This document shows, piece by piece, positions 12,788 through 23,455 of a stretch of 64,000 nucleotides of DNA. The translations under genes were made by a program, and so were the position numbers. Numbering within the stretch: the first letter of the stretch is position 1; the number at the start of each line of letters is the position of its first letter. The stretch comes from Fistulifera solaris. Lineage: Eukaryota. The DNA is taken from NCBI GenBank assembly GCA_030295235.1, contig AP026128.1, forward strand, positions 186,001 through 250,000, in the 5' to 3' direction. The notes below the pieces were generated by a model. The model made no database searches. It was not told the origin of the DNA and worked only from the letters and a program-made list of their open reading frames with translations.

Positions 12788-13404
12788 ATTTGATTTTTCC
12801 GCTATAATTAGTTTTCGATTATTATCAGGAGGTGTTGTGATCTATGACGACAAACTATTCTTAGTTAAATTTATGCTTTGTATGAAAGTAATCAAGGCTA
12901 TTGGGGTTTCACATCACTGCAACTCTATGTTGAACTGACATTTAATGACACTTTTTTCTTTCAGAAATCGATCGGAGATCAGAAAACGGGCAACGCAGCT
13001 GCAAACTATTGAGACACACAGAAGCATTCCGTTTCGATTATTATTAACTTCAAGTGAAGATGTTCAAAGAAAATCTCTTTGCTTCACGGGTAAAAACTTG
13101 GTAGTTAAACTTGGAGCATCTTTAGTCTTAACAAAAATGTTAGATGATCCGAAATACTAAGAAATCAATGAGAAAAGAATGTATACTGAAGACCTAAAGT
13201 TATCTGGACTAGTTGCACTGACACTGGCCACTGGCCACCACTTCATCATTTTAGCGAAAGACCCGGCATCCGTACTAGCACCATTTATTGTAGATTCTCG
13301 AACAGAAACAAATCAAACTTGAAGTTTGAGCTATGAAAAGAAACATACATACAAATAGACTTTTACCAAGAGCCCGCAATCAACTCTTCGACTCGTGGTA
13401 GAGC

Positions 13405-14565
13405 TCACTTGTAAACTTGATCATGAGCTTTAGCCGCGGTCGTGGGAGGCACGGCGGCGATTCCTTCATCTTCCACGACGACAGCTCCTCTGCCTCGTTC
13501 TTCGTCGTCGTTGTCATCTTCATCAGAGTGCTCGACTTCTTTGGCTTGTACATGATCATCTTCCGAATAATCATCACCAGGCATGACAGCGCCAAACATT
13601 CGGTACACAGCCGACGCTACCAGACCGGCCGCAAGGGCAAATGAGCCCCATGAAAAGAAGTAGAGCGTACTGAACGTGGGAGCCGGGGCATTATCTGAAA
13701 ATGTAATGTAGGTGATACCGAAGCACCAAGCCGTCAGAACGAGAATGGAAAGTACCGTTTCCACCATACTGAAACGATTGGGCAAGCACAGATCCCACAT
13801 CATCCACAAAAACGCCAAGAAGCCACCAATTGCGCCCACCCAAGTGGCATACTGGAGACGATCGCACATGGTCGTGTCTTCGTCGTCGCACATCATGTCT
13901 TCGTATTGACGGGATGCAGCCATCATGACAATCAAACTAGTAGCCACGAAAGCACCCCAGGAAACAAAGGTGCTGCTACTCTTTTCGTCTTTGGCCACGT
14001 CCCTGTCGAAAAACAATCGCATGGATCCCCCCTAGAACAGCCACGGCGGAGATCAAACCCAACCAAGGGAAAACAAATAGGTTGGCGTTGATAATTTGAC
14101 CGAAATCGCCCGCGGTTGCAATGTTATGCTTTGGGTTCATGATAGTGGGTAAGACCGCAGCCCAGATTCCCACAGTAAGGAAAGCCTGGCAGTAAGATAG
14201 TGAAAAGAAGCAAAAAATACCATAAGCAATGCATTCAAATGATGAGAGCACGTCCCACCCCCCCCAAAAAAAACGAAACTTACCAACATGACCTCCAACA
14301 AGTTCCCCACGAAGCGATGACGCAGAAAGAGACCCATGAAAAGGCCGATACTTGCCAAACCAAGAGCACAGATGATAGCCGATCCCACCCATGTGATCTT
14401 TTGGCCCTGATCTTTGAAATCATCGCGGCCGTTAAAACGCTCTAGGTCTTGGAACAAGGACACCAAGGCAATCGTTGCAAAAGCTGCGGCAAGGAACCAG
14501 TTGGTATGCTGGCTGTTGTGCATCTTCCTCTCCTCATAGTGCGCGTTCGGTTGAAGAAACGTCAT
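13405..14565 (-). CDS. Multi-pass membrane protein, tandem paralog B; intron at 14186-14283, frameshift in the G-run near 14027-14032
   Basis: Highly similar to paralog A (e.g. CDDEDTTMC.RLQYA.W.GAIGGFLAFLWMMWDLCLP), with the same intron position. Confidence 0.85.
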
Positions 14566-15311
14566 GATAGTAAGCGTATAAACCTGGTGTTTTGCTGTTG
14601 TATTTTCAATTGATATGGTTTTGAAATAATCGAGTTGTCAATGAATGTCACGTATTCATTTTATGCAATCAATCACCCATCAAAGGATCCTGCGCGAAAA
14701 TCTTGCCAACAAACGAACTCAAATTCGCGAACTCTATTTTCCTAAAGAACGATGTCGATCGATGAGAACACACATAAATACGTTACATATTTCCCGACTG
14801 GTAGAACCATTCTTTCTCTGTACACCTTGCATTTCATTAGATGTTCGAAGAACGATCACCCGGCTTCGGTTGCCTTTCGCGATTCGTAATTGCTTCATTC
14901 CGGCTGTCGAAGGCTGTGGCACAGCCGGTAAGCGGTTCGTTTTCTCTTCCAAACGTATCTTTTTGGGATGGTTTTGCGAACTCTGGTTGTCAGCGAATGG
15001 TGCAATAATGTCAGCAACACGCGAATAACCGCCCGTTCGCAGAGAAAAAAATGAATTAGTACCTGTACGATAAAATGAGGATTATGAATTACTATCTTGT
15101 CCGTCTGTACTGGTACGTCGATTTTTATGTCTGTCGTAGGTTCGACAACAGGCCATCGACCAAGAAAAACAAAACGCAGAAATTTTTTATACGTCAAAAA
15201 ATCATCTTTTTCTTAATTTGAATTTCTACGTCTCTACCAATCTACCTCGAAACAAAGTGCGATAACACAGAAGGAAACGATCATAAGTGCACGTTTCCTA
15301 CCAACAGCACC

Positions 15312-17356
15312 ATGGGGAAGAACGCGAAACGCAAACATCGGCGGAAACAAGACAAGAAACCAGAAGACGAACGAGTCGTCCACGAAGGACCGTCGATTGT
15401 GGCGAAACTCCGACACAATGATGCCAAACTGCGTCATGCCGCTTTAGCGGCATTAGTTCATACATCCTCGACGATGCATCCGAGTATTTTACAGGCAGTA
15501 CGCGATCAGTTGATGGATCGTTCACATACCGAATGTGCCTCCATGGCGGCGGCGTGTTTGTCCAACTTTTTGGCGTTTTCGTTGGAGAAGGACGACGCCT
15601 ATCATGTTTTGACGGCGGGATGGGTCTTGTTGCTGGTGGAGCGGCTCCGTGATTGTTACCAACAAATAGAGTCTAGTAACAGTGGCACGACAGTACTGTC
15701 GTCGACACAACTCTATTTGCTTTGGGAATTGGCCGAACGGTGCTGGACGTGTCTGGTGCATCTGGTAGAGAACAATCCTTTGGCTATGGAACGGTTGCTG
15801 CGTTCCGCTTCCTTACAACAAGATGTGATGCAACTGTTAGTTTCGTCTCTGCATCTCAAGTGCAGTGCCGATCACCAAACCTTGGCCGACGCTCTGCACA
15901 TCACGGCGAGTCGATGCTTGCATTCCATGTGGGATGATAATGGGGAATTGATTGCAGCATGGGCTGTCACGCCCACTGTGCAACAATCACTGGAATTGCT
16001 GATTTCATTTCTTCGCGATACAGCTTCGACGACGGCTCGCCTACATGTCATTGGGGCCTGGTTTTCCTTTTGGAGTTGGACACAACTGCATCCGTACCAG
16101 TGGGGGACGATACAGCCGTCAACTGTGCTGCATGATTGTCTCACGATCTTGCGGCAAACATTGGTCTGGGATGCTCCGGCACGTGCTGTGCAAATCTCGC
16201 ATCTCTTGGCACTGTTCCAAACGTTCCAGAAGGAGGAAGCAGATGAAGTATTGGAAAAGCAAATTGTATCGGAGCAACAGAAAAGAAAGAACCGGCAAAG
16301 CTTATTGCCCGTCGCTTAAAAGAGAAACGAAAACAAGACGAAAGCCATCCCAAGGCTTCAACGACAGAAACCTCGATAGATTCAGTAATGCAAGAAGAAG
16401 CAAGCATGGATTGGGAATCGGCTTTGGACCATTGGTTGTCTTCAATACGACCGCTCCAACTGGCATTGGAGATTACCGCAAATCTTTCGGTGGGAGGATC
16501 TCCATTGAATGAAGTTGGGGATGATGATGACGATGAGCTCATGGTAGAGAGCCACCTGCATGGTAACGCACAACTACTTCAACTCTTACTCGATACAGGA
16601 GTTCCAGATTGCATTGTCGATTTAATGAGGCAATTGTACCAACCCATATGGGGTTTCGGGGGTCTGCTGGACGCCCCAGCTGCTATTCGAGGTGCCATTG
16701 GTGATTTGCAATCCAAGGTTGCCGTCTGTGTTGGGCATTGTGTCACGAGTCTTCAAGATAGTCATCGTTCCTGGAACGTGGACGCAGTAGCATTGTGGCA
16801 TCACTTGACACAGGTGTCACGGGCTGCCGCGGATGAAAATGCAACAGAATCACTATTTGCATCAATGGTCATGACCCTACAAAGTGCAAAAGGAAATGTT
16901 ATTCTTCAGTCGTTTGAATTGAAAGATGTGGAATTCTTACTGGATCAGCTTAAACAGACCAAGTCTACGGTCGCGGCACGAGACTTGATCTGTATGCTCG
17001 GTATCATTCTGTGTAGTAGCTTCGAACGCGATGGCTTTCGCTACCATACTTCTGAAGTAAATGAAACGGTCGCTAAAACTCTCGTTGACATGGGTGCAAA
17101 CGCAGCGGAGCGTCAATGTGCCATAATAATGTCAGAAACGTTCCGTGTTCTCATGGATGTATACGGCAACGATGATTGCTTCCCGCAAAATTTTGACTCG
17201 CTGAACGTTTTGGGCTACTTTCAAAAGTATGTTCCCGCATTCAAGCAATGCATTCACATGTCACGCGATGCGAGCCCCGACGACATCATGCAATGGAAAG
17301 AGACAGCTTCCAATGCCTCCCGATTTATCCAGTACAAAAAGGGATATGGTAACTAA
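15312..17356 (+). CDS. HEAT/armadillo repeat protein, HEATR3/Syo1-like; frameshifts near 16285 and 16370
   Basis: Basic N-terminus MGKNAKRKHRR and helical repeats. LQLALEITANL is followed by an acidic loop, and the C-terminus has LMDVYGNDD...NASRFIQYK, matching the Syo1/HEATR3 layout. Confidence 0.7.
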
Positions 17357-17436
17357 AGCAATGCCGAATTTAGTCCTAGTTTTTTTAATGAAGCATTTGT
17401 ACAGTAAAACAAGAAAGAGGTGCACAGCACATGAAA

Positions 17437-18078
17437 CTATGCCAGAACAGGCTCCCTGGCTTGTTCTGCTTGTGGTACTTCTTGGTTCTCCGGTACTTTG
17501 ATGTCGGGCAGTTTGTTGGAAGGTACATCCGGCAATTCGATCTTTTCTTCTGGCATTCCATTCACCTCCAAGTCCAATGCTAGAAGCTCGGCTTCTACCG
17601 CCTCTTCGTCTGCTGCAGATAGTGTCGGCACCGCAGAGAGAATTTCAGTGATTTCATTTTCTACTTCGATTTCTTCTTTGATTTCATCCATCAGATTCAG
17701 AACATCATCCACAGTTGTTTCCTCGTGCATCTTCTTCAAACTATCTTTGCCCGCAGCCAGTGCTAACAGCAATTTGCTCTCGTTTTGCTTCGAGTCGATC
17801 GTTTCGACCATTTTCAATACATTCAATAGTTGGTCTTCGCACGTGGCGGCCTGTGTTTGCTTGTATTTGCGCAGACGCAGTATTCCTAAGGCACGCTCCT
17901 TTTTACCTGCGTCGCGAGCAATGCGAGCTTGCTGCACCAGCCGCGCATCGTCATTTTCTAATTTGCTGCGATATTTTTGCAAACGGTCGCGAGCATTCTT
18001 CAAGTCGAGAATGGCGCGATCAATGTCAGTAATTTCGGGCTTTTTCGGGGCGCTTTTCTTACTCAAAGCTCCTCCCAT
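17437..18078 (-). CDS. VPS20: ESCRT-III subunit Vps20/CHMP6 (Snf7 family)
   Basis: MG myristoylation start, ITDIDRAILDLKNARDRLQKY, ALGILRLRKY and a C-terminal ELPDVPS MIM2-like motif. Confidence 0.92.
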   Translation of the reverse strand: MGGALSKKSAPKKPEITDIDRAILDLKNARDRLQKYRSKLENDDARLVQQARIARDAGKKERALGILRLRKYKQTQAATCEDQLLNVLKMVETIDSKQNESKLLLALAAGKDSLKKMHEETTVDDVLNLMDEIKEEIEVENEITEILSAVPTLSAADEEAVEAELLALDLEVNGMPEEKIELPDVPSNKLPDIKVPENQEVPQAEQAREPVLA

Positions 18079-18967
18079 TGTGAATTGTTGGTTGCTGGAC
18101 GATATTATATTTATCTAAAACAAACAATACGCTCGATTTGAACTTTCAACAAAGCTTACCTGGTATTACCGTCCTCGTCATTCGAAGCATTTCATTGTTC
18201 GTGCGGTTGAGAACATGCGGGGGAGGAATATATTCATGACTGCGCAGTAAAATAAATCACGACAGATGACTGTGTCTCACTGGTAATTTTCACGCCGACG
18301 TGGACGGAAGGACCGAAACGCAGGAACCAGGGCGACGGAAACGGAAACGGAGACCGGAAACGGAAAATCACAGATTTCCGAACTAGTGGCAAGGGAAGGA
18401 AACACCGAGTCAGCAAAGAATGCTGGCATATGACCGTGTCGATCACAAATATCACAGCTGACATAAGACAGAGTCACAAAACAACTGCAATAATAGGCCA
18501 TTCGGTTTGTCCGTTACGGAGAAGGGAGACGTACGGAGTAGTTGCGAAAAAGGATTAGCTCTAGGTGCTCTAGTTAATGAGAAAACACACGGCTCCAGCT
18601 CCAGCTAATGGTTTTATGCGGCTACGTTCATGTGAACAATCCCCAAACCAAGATTTGCGAGTTGCGAGATACTCCGCAGAAAAGAGTGAAGATGGTTGTC
18701 ACTTGTCACTTCTCAATGTATTGGAAAGTGAGAAACAGAAACCGGCTGTGGATTGAGGATAGCCAAGGAGGAGTGTTATGCCTTACGATATGGTTATTCG
18801 TAAGGCTTAGGTTTCTGTGTACGAGACAAAGTGCCTTTTTGATACAGCCGGTGTCCGACCGTCTCAAGTCTCAACACCAAGTAGCCCACGTAGAACATGT
18901 ACCAGAAAATTTCTGCCGTGTAAATTTACGTACAAATGCCCATTTTTCATACCCTTTTTCTATTTCA

Positions 18968-19200
18968 CCAGTAACTCGTATGAATGATATTTTTATACAG
19001 ATAAATTCACAATTTTACAAGGAACAACAAAGTAGGGGGATGTCCACGAGATTGGCATTACTTCCGGAGCTACAGAGGTTGAAATTCAGTTCCTGTCATT
19101 TCACAAGTAATGCCAATCTCGTGGACATCCCCCTATTTTGTTGTTCCTTGTAAAATTCTGAAAATATCTATATAAAAATATTATTCATACGAGTTACTGG
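18968..19200. mobile_element. Hairpin MITE (96-bp arms, 41-bp loop) nested in the left arm
   Basis: 18968-19063 and 19105-19200 are near-perfect reverse complements. The element is absent from the right arm, whose equivalent site reads CTATTTCACCAGGAAACGG. Confidence 0.85.
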
Positions 19201-19440
19201 AAACGGCGTTAAAAATCTGCCGCGGCACACATCTGTCTCAGAATCACTAAAATATACATTATCAGCTAGAGTAAAAACGTACTGACTGTTATGAAGTGCT
19301 TTTGTTCTGTATAGCTGATAGATAATCAAGTGCCCTTATGAGCACGTTTTGAACTTATTGATATGCCTCTAAATGCAAAACTCCGCACCTCGCAGATTAC
19401 GCCTTGGGCCTAGTGGACGCAGCAAATGCTGCGCAGCAAC

Positions 19441-19798
19441 TAGTGGTTGGTCTCGAGAGGGCAGTTCTCGAGAGTCTCGAGAATCGAATTTTGAATTTTC
19501 ACTCTCAACTCTCATGAATTTCGATAAAATTCATGAGATGAGAGTGTCTGGCCGTCGCCCGTATAAAATACAAGGGTTCTGGCCGTCGATCGACCATTTC
19601 TCACGTCTATTTCCTACGAAGAAGTCAGTCTCGCGATCCACAACTAACCGTGACTGGAACTTAGTACTAAATATCCGATAGTACTTCGTTTCCGACAAAA
19701 ATCTCCAATTCTCGAGATTCTCGAGAGTCTCATGAGTTGGAAAGTGCAATTCTCGACTCTCATCTCGGTCCTGGTTGAAAGCATGAGACCGAACACTA
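19441..19798. mobile_element. hAT-type MITE (358 bp) nested in the left arm
   Basis: Imperfect TIR TAGTGGTTGGTCTC / TAGTGTTCGGTCTC. 8-bp TSD GCAGCAAC at 19433-19440 and 19799-19806. Repeated TCTCGAGA/CTCATGA subterminal motifs. Absent from the right arm. Confidence 0.88.
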
Positions 19799-20168
19799 GC
19801 AGCAACAGCAAATGCTGCGTGGGCGCAGCAATTGCTGCGCAGCAACAGCAAATACTGTGTCGCAGCAGATTTTGCTGGCTCACGACAGAACGTCGTCTCG
19901 AGAACGTATGAGCTGCAAAGTACTAAATAATTTGGCTGCTATTCGAAACGCGACGTCTTTCGTTCAACACACTTTAAGCCGCATACCTGGAAATCAAATC
20001 TCTCGACGAGCAAAGTGGGTTTTTTGCGCCGAGACCGAAAAACGAAAAATGGCACGACTAAAACGAGTCCCGTACGTTAGGGAAGTGACTCGTCGTCGAC
20101 AGAAATGCTAACCAGGCATAATCACAACAGTAAAACTAACAAATCAAACCATCAATTATCACTAAAGA

Positions 20169-20625
20169 CTACTTCCTTTCTTTTTCTAATTTGTCGCGGC
20201 GAATTGCTTAGCGAACGCAGCCATGAAAAATTGTCTTCTCAAACTCCATGTACTCCTTGCGCGAGAGGCGGATTTGTTCGGGGCTTTTTGACTTACCAAG
20301 CCATTCTTGATGTCTTGCCGAAGCAGCTCTTGTGCGGTAGTCATGTCAAATACCTTTTCTCCTTTGCGGTTGAGTGGTGAACGTGGATAAAGCCGCCGAC
20401 TGTTGATAAATGCGTCTTCCAGTCAACTTGGCTTGCCTGTAATCTGTGGTCTGCTAGACGGGCTTTGAATTGGCTAAAAGGAACATGGGCGAATTCAACC
20501 ATTTTGCCATATTTCGCCCAAGCACTCCTTTTCGTCAAGAGACAACCTTTTAATTCAAGTTCCGTGATAATGATCACGCGAGCCTCACTGTTTCGCCAAT
20601 CAATCGGTTTTCTACGTTCCGCCAT
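20169..20625 (-). pseudogene. Decayed gene for an about 150-aa protein made of two helical repeats; not a DDE transposase
   Basis: MAERRKPIDWRNSEARVIIITEL...EFAHVPFSQFKARLADHR, then in shifted frames EDAFINSRRLYPRSPLNRKGEKVFDMTTAQELLRQDIKNG...PEQIRLSRKEYMEFEKTIFHGCVR*AIRRDK. There are two frameshifts plus an in-frame TAA. Confidence 0.7.
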
Positions 20626-20772
20626 GCTATTACGCTCAAAGTAACTTTGTGTTGATCAACTGACAATTCGCAATAGTGTGTTCGATCAATTTTCTTTGCA
20701 ACAAGCTTGCGCGTCGGGTGATGATGCGGCTTAAAAGTGCGTTGAACGAAAGACATCGCGTTTCGAATAGCA

Positions 20773-21242
20773 CATAGGAGTAAGTAGAAACCCTGGGATG
20801 AAGACATGTCTGTTTTCAACCGTTGATAGTTTCACCGCTTAAACCAACGTTTGTCCGTCGTCAGACCCTTATGCGCTGCTGCTCCGAAATTTTCACCGCG
20901 TAACAGCACGACAAAAGGCTGACCTTAGTGGGCCTACCTTAATACGAAAGTATGGTCCGACCCTTGGTCGTGATACTAAATTGTTTTGAAATATTAAGAA
21001 AGAAAGATTTGCAATGACGGCCAAAGGTCGGACCATACTTTGATTATGTTGTTGACATGCAAAGATCGATCATTTTGCCGTGATAATTACACGGTGCAGC
21101 ATTTTCAAAGATCGATATTCGACCCATTTTGACCGATGTCGCACTATGTACAGTGACAGATAAGCTCATAATACGGCGTATCGCGTAAAAAACGGTCGAG
21201 AACAGACATGTCTTCATCCCAGGGTTTCTACTTACTCCTATG
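20773..21242. mobile_element. 470-bp MITE with 52-bp TIR and 7-bp TSD (P-superfamily-like), nested in the right arm
   Basis: TIR CATAGGAGTAAGTAGAAACCCTGGGATGAAGACATGTCTGTT... (first 42 bp perfect, 2 mismatches in 52). TSD AATAGCA at 20766-20772 and 21243-21249. The empty site is seen in the left arm at 19929-19948. Confidence 0.9.
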
Positions 21243-22487
21243 AATAGCAGCCAAATTATTTAGTACTTTGCAGCTCATACGTTCTCGAGACGACGTTCTG
21301 TCATGAGCCAGCAAAATCTGCTGCGACACAGCATTTGCTGCGCGCACGCAGCATTTGCTGTTGCTGCGCAGCATTTGCTGCGTCCACGCAGCGTTTGCTG
21401 CGTCCACTAGGCCCAAGGCGTAATCTGCGAGGTGCGGAGTTTTGCATTTATAGGCATAGCAATAAGTTCAAAACGTGCTCATAAGTGCACTCGATTATCT
21501 ATGAGCTATACCGTACAAAAGCATTTCATAACAGTCAGTACGTTTTTACTCTAGCTGATAATGTATATTTTAGTGATTCTGAGACAGATGTGTGCCGCGG
21601 CAGATTTTTAACGCCGTTTCCTGGTGAAATAGAAAAAGGGTATGAAAAATGGGCATTTTGTACGTAAAATTACACGGGAGAAATTTTCTGGTCCATGTTC
21701 TACGAGGGCTACTTGGTGTTGAGACGGTCGGACACCAGCTGTACGGAATAGACTACGGAAAAATTAACCTATGTTTTTCCAAAATAACGTAAGCCGAGGA
21801 GGGAGTCCTGCTCACTGCTCACAGCTCATCTTTCATACTCTTGTCTCTTGCTTTCTTTATTTTTCATTTTATAGACAAGTTCTCTCCTTTCCGCTTTCTC
21901 CGACTCCAAAATCCGAAAGTCTTGCCGAAAGCCGAAAGGTTGATGGCCATGATCCATGATGTATAATTATGAGTCCCAAGTCCCAAGTAGCTGTTTCGTT
22001 GTTGTTTGTGGTTTCGCATGTTTTCTGATCTGTTTTGCTGTTTCGGAATCGCGGTGAAATTCCTCGGTACATTATAACGTACCAGTACGTACTGTGTACT
22101 ATATACTGTATTACCTGGTACATGATGTAGATGGTACAGTAGATGTAGTGTTGATGAGAAACTGCATCCATTTACCGTTTAGAGTTTAGATTCATGCTGC
22201 ATCAGCCAACCGACCTTCAAACTTCAAATTCCAAAGCGACTCACACACTAACACAACGAAAGGCGAAGGTAGAAGGACAGACGTACCTAGAAGCAACGAA
22301 GAAGCAACGGAAGCGGACAAACAGCGCAACAGAGCTTCTTCCCCTTCCGAAAAAACGTGAACGGAAATTTTTCGTCCCAGTAACGTGGTTTGAAACTCCG
22401 AAACGACGAATCCTGCATGAACAACATCACAGAATCACAAGCTCACAAAATCAATCTCTCATAAATTCCAATAGATAAGTTCATACA

Positions 22488-23252
22488 ATGTATCATCATC
22501 AACGCTTGATCCGCAACCGTGCATCTCTTGCTATGAATGAGCAAGGGTTGATGCTTCTTCGAAATCTCGACTATGAAGAGGCAATCACATATTTCCATGA
22601 CGGCCTCAAGACCTTACTGGAGGAGAACCAGCATTGCGCACTTTTGGATGCCAAGTTCTCTTCCGAATCAGTAAAACTACTGCGTGAGAAAAAAGTCGAC
22701 GATAAGGCGTCCTTTGGATTGGCGAATCGGACAAATCTCCTCATGTCAGCTTCATATAGCCTGGATCCGATCCAAGAAATCCACAACGAGATTCTTACGC
22801 TGTTCAACAAACCTCTTTCTGTACGCGTTGAGCTTCTCGAGGAATTCTGGGATGACGATGCTGTTCAAAATCTGTTGATTGGTGTTTACTTCTACAACGC
22901 TGGTTTGGCATTTCATCTTCAAGCCCTTGCTTCGAACAACAGCGAAAGCATGTCCAAGGCCGCTGAGCATTATGCTATCTCGTATGCACGCTTTCTTGAT
23001 TGTTCCTTATACAACGGAAAAGACGTCGACGCGACGCTTGGATTACTGGTGACATCAAATAATATCGCTCACATTCATGCTTTCTGTCGGAATATGGAAC
23101 AAGTGGAAATTTGCGTCGAAGAACTAGCCAGCAAGCTGTCCAGTTTTGTCACTCAATCTGGAGAAACCCATCACGCCAACGACTGCCGCATGTTTCTTCA
23201 GAACGTTTGCTACTTTCAAGAGTCGGTCTTTTCGTCGGCGCCGGCTGCTTGA
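22488..23252 (+). CDS. Helical TPR-like protein ending in APAA (orphan family of the type expanded in diatoms)
   Basis: MNEQGL...YEEAITYFHDGL, FYNAGLAFHL, SNNIAHIH and C-terminal SAPAA. The ORF is intact. Confidence 0.75.
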   Translation: MYHHQRLIRNRASLAMNEQGLMLLRNLDYEEAITYFHDGLKTLLEENQHCALLDAKFSSESVKLLREKKVDDKASFGLANRTNLLMSASYSLDPIQEIHNEILTLFNKPLSVRVELLEEFWDDDAVQNLLIGVYFYNAGLAFHLQALASNNSESMSKAAEHYAISYARFLDCSLYNGKDVDATLGLLVTSNNIAHIHAFCRNMEQVEICVEELASKLSSFVTQSGETHHANDCRMFLQNVCYFQESVFSSAPAA

Positions 23253-23455
23253 ACTTTAGATGTAATAAATCAGTCGACGTGTAAAGTTCATTGTTATTTA
23301 CTCTAAACAACGCATATCTAAGAATTATGTAGAACAAAAATTAAAGTGGCGGGTTGTGTCTTTGATGATTTCAACTTCGATGATAACCTGTTCGTGTGCC
23401 GCAAGGTATCGATGTCGTACGCCAAGCTGTGAGTAGTTAAGGCTTTTAATCATTG

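Larger units (their letters stand above)
18845..21741. mobile_element. TA-flanked fold-back DNA element (Tc1/mariner-type ends) with about 0.54-kb inverted arms, a cargo pseudogene and three nested insertions
   Basis: TA|CAGCCGGTGTCCGACCGTCTCAA at 18843 and TTGAGACGGTCGGACACCAGCTG|TA ending at 21743. Arms 18845-19984 and 20724-21741 are reverse complements once the inserts are removed. The unique core is 19985-20723. Confidence 0.9.

Noticed and set aside
19419..19870. CRISPR-like array from GCAGCAAATGCTGC repeats
   Set aside because: There are no regular unique spacers and no cas genes, and the context is eukaryotic.
19373..21667. Short ORFs in the arms of the fold-back element (19373, 19644, 19812, 21228, 21485)
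   Set aside because: They are mirror translations of inverted-repeat DNA and cross MITE junctions. No coding signal.
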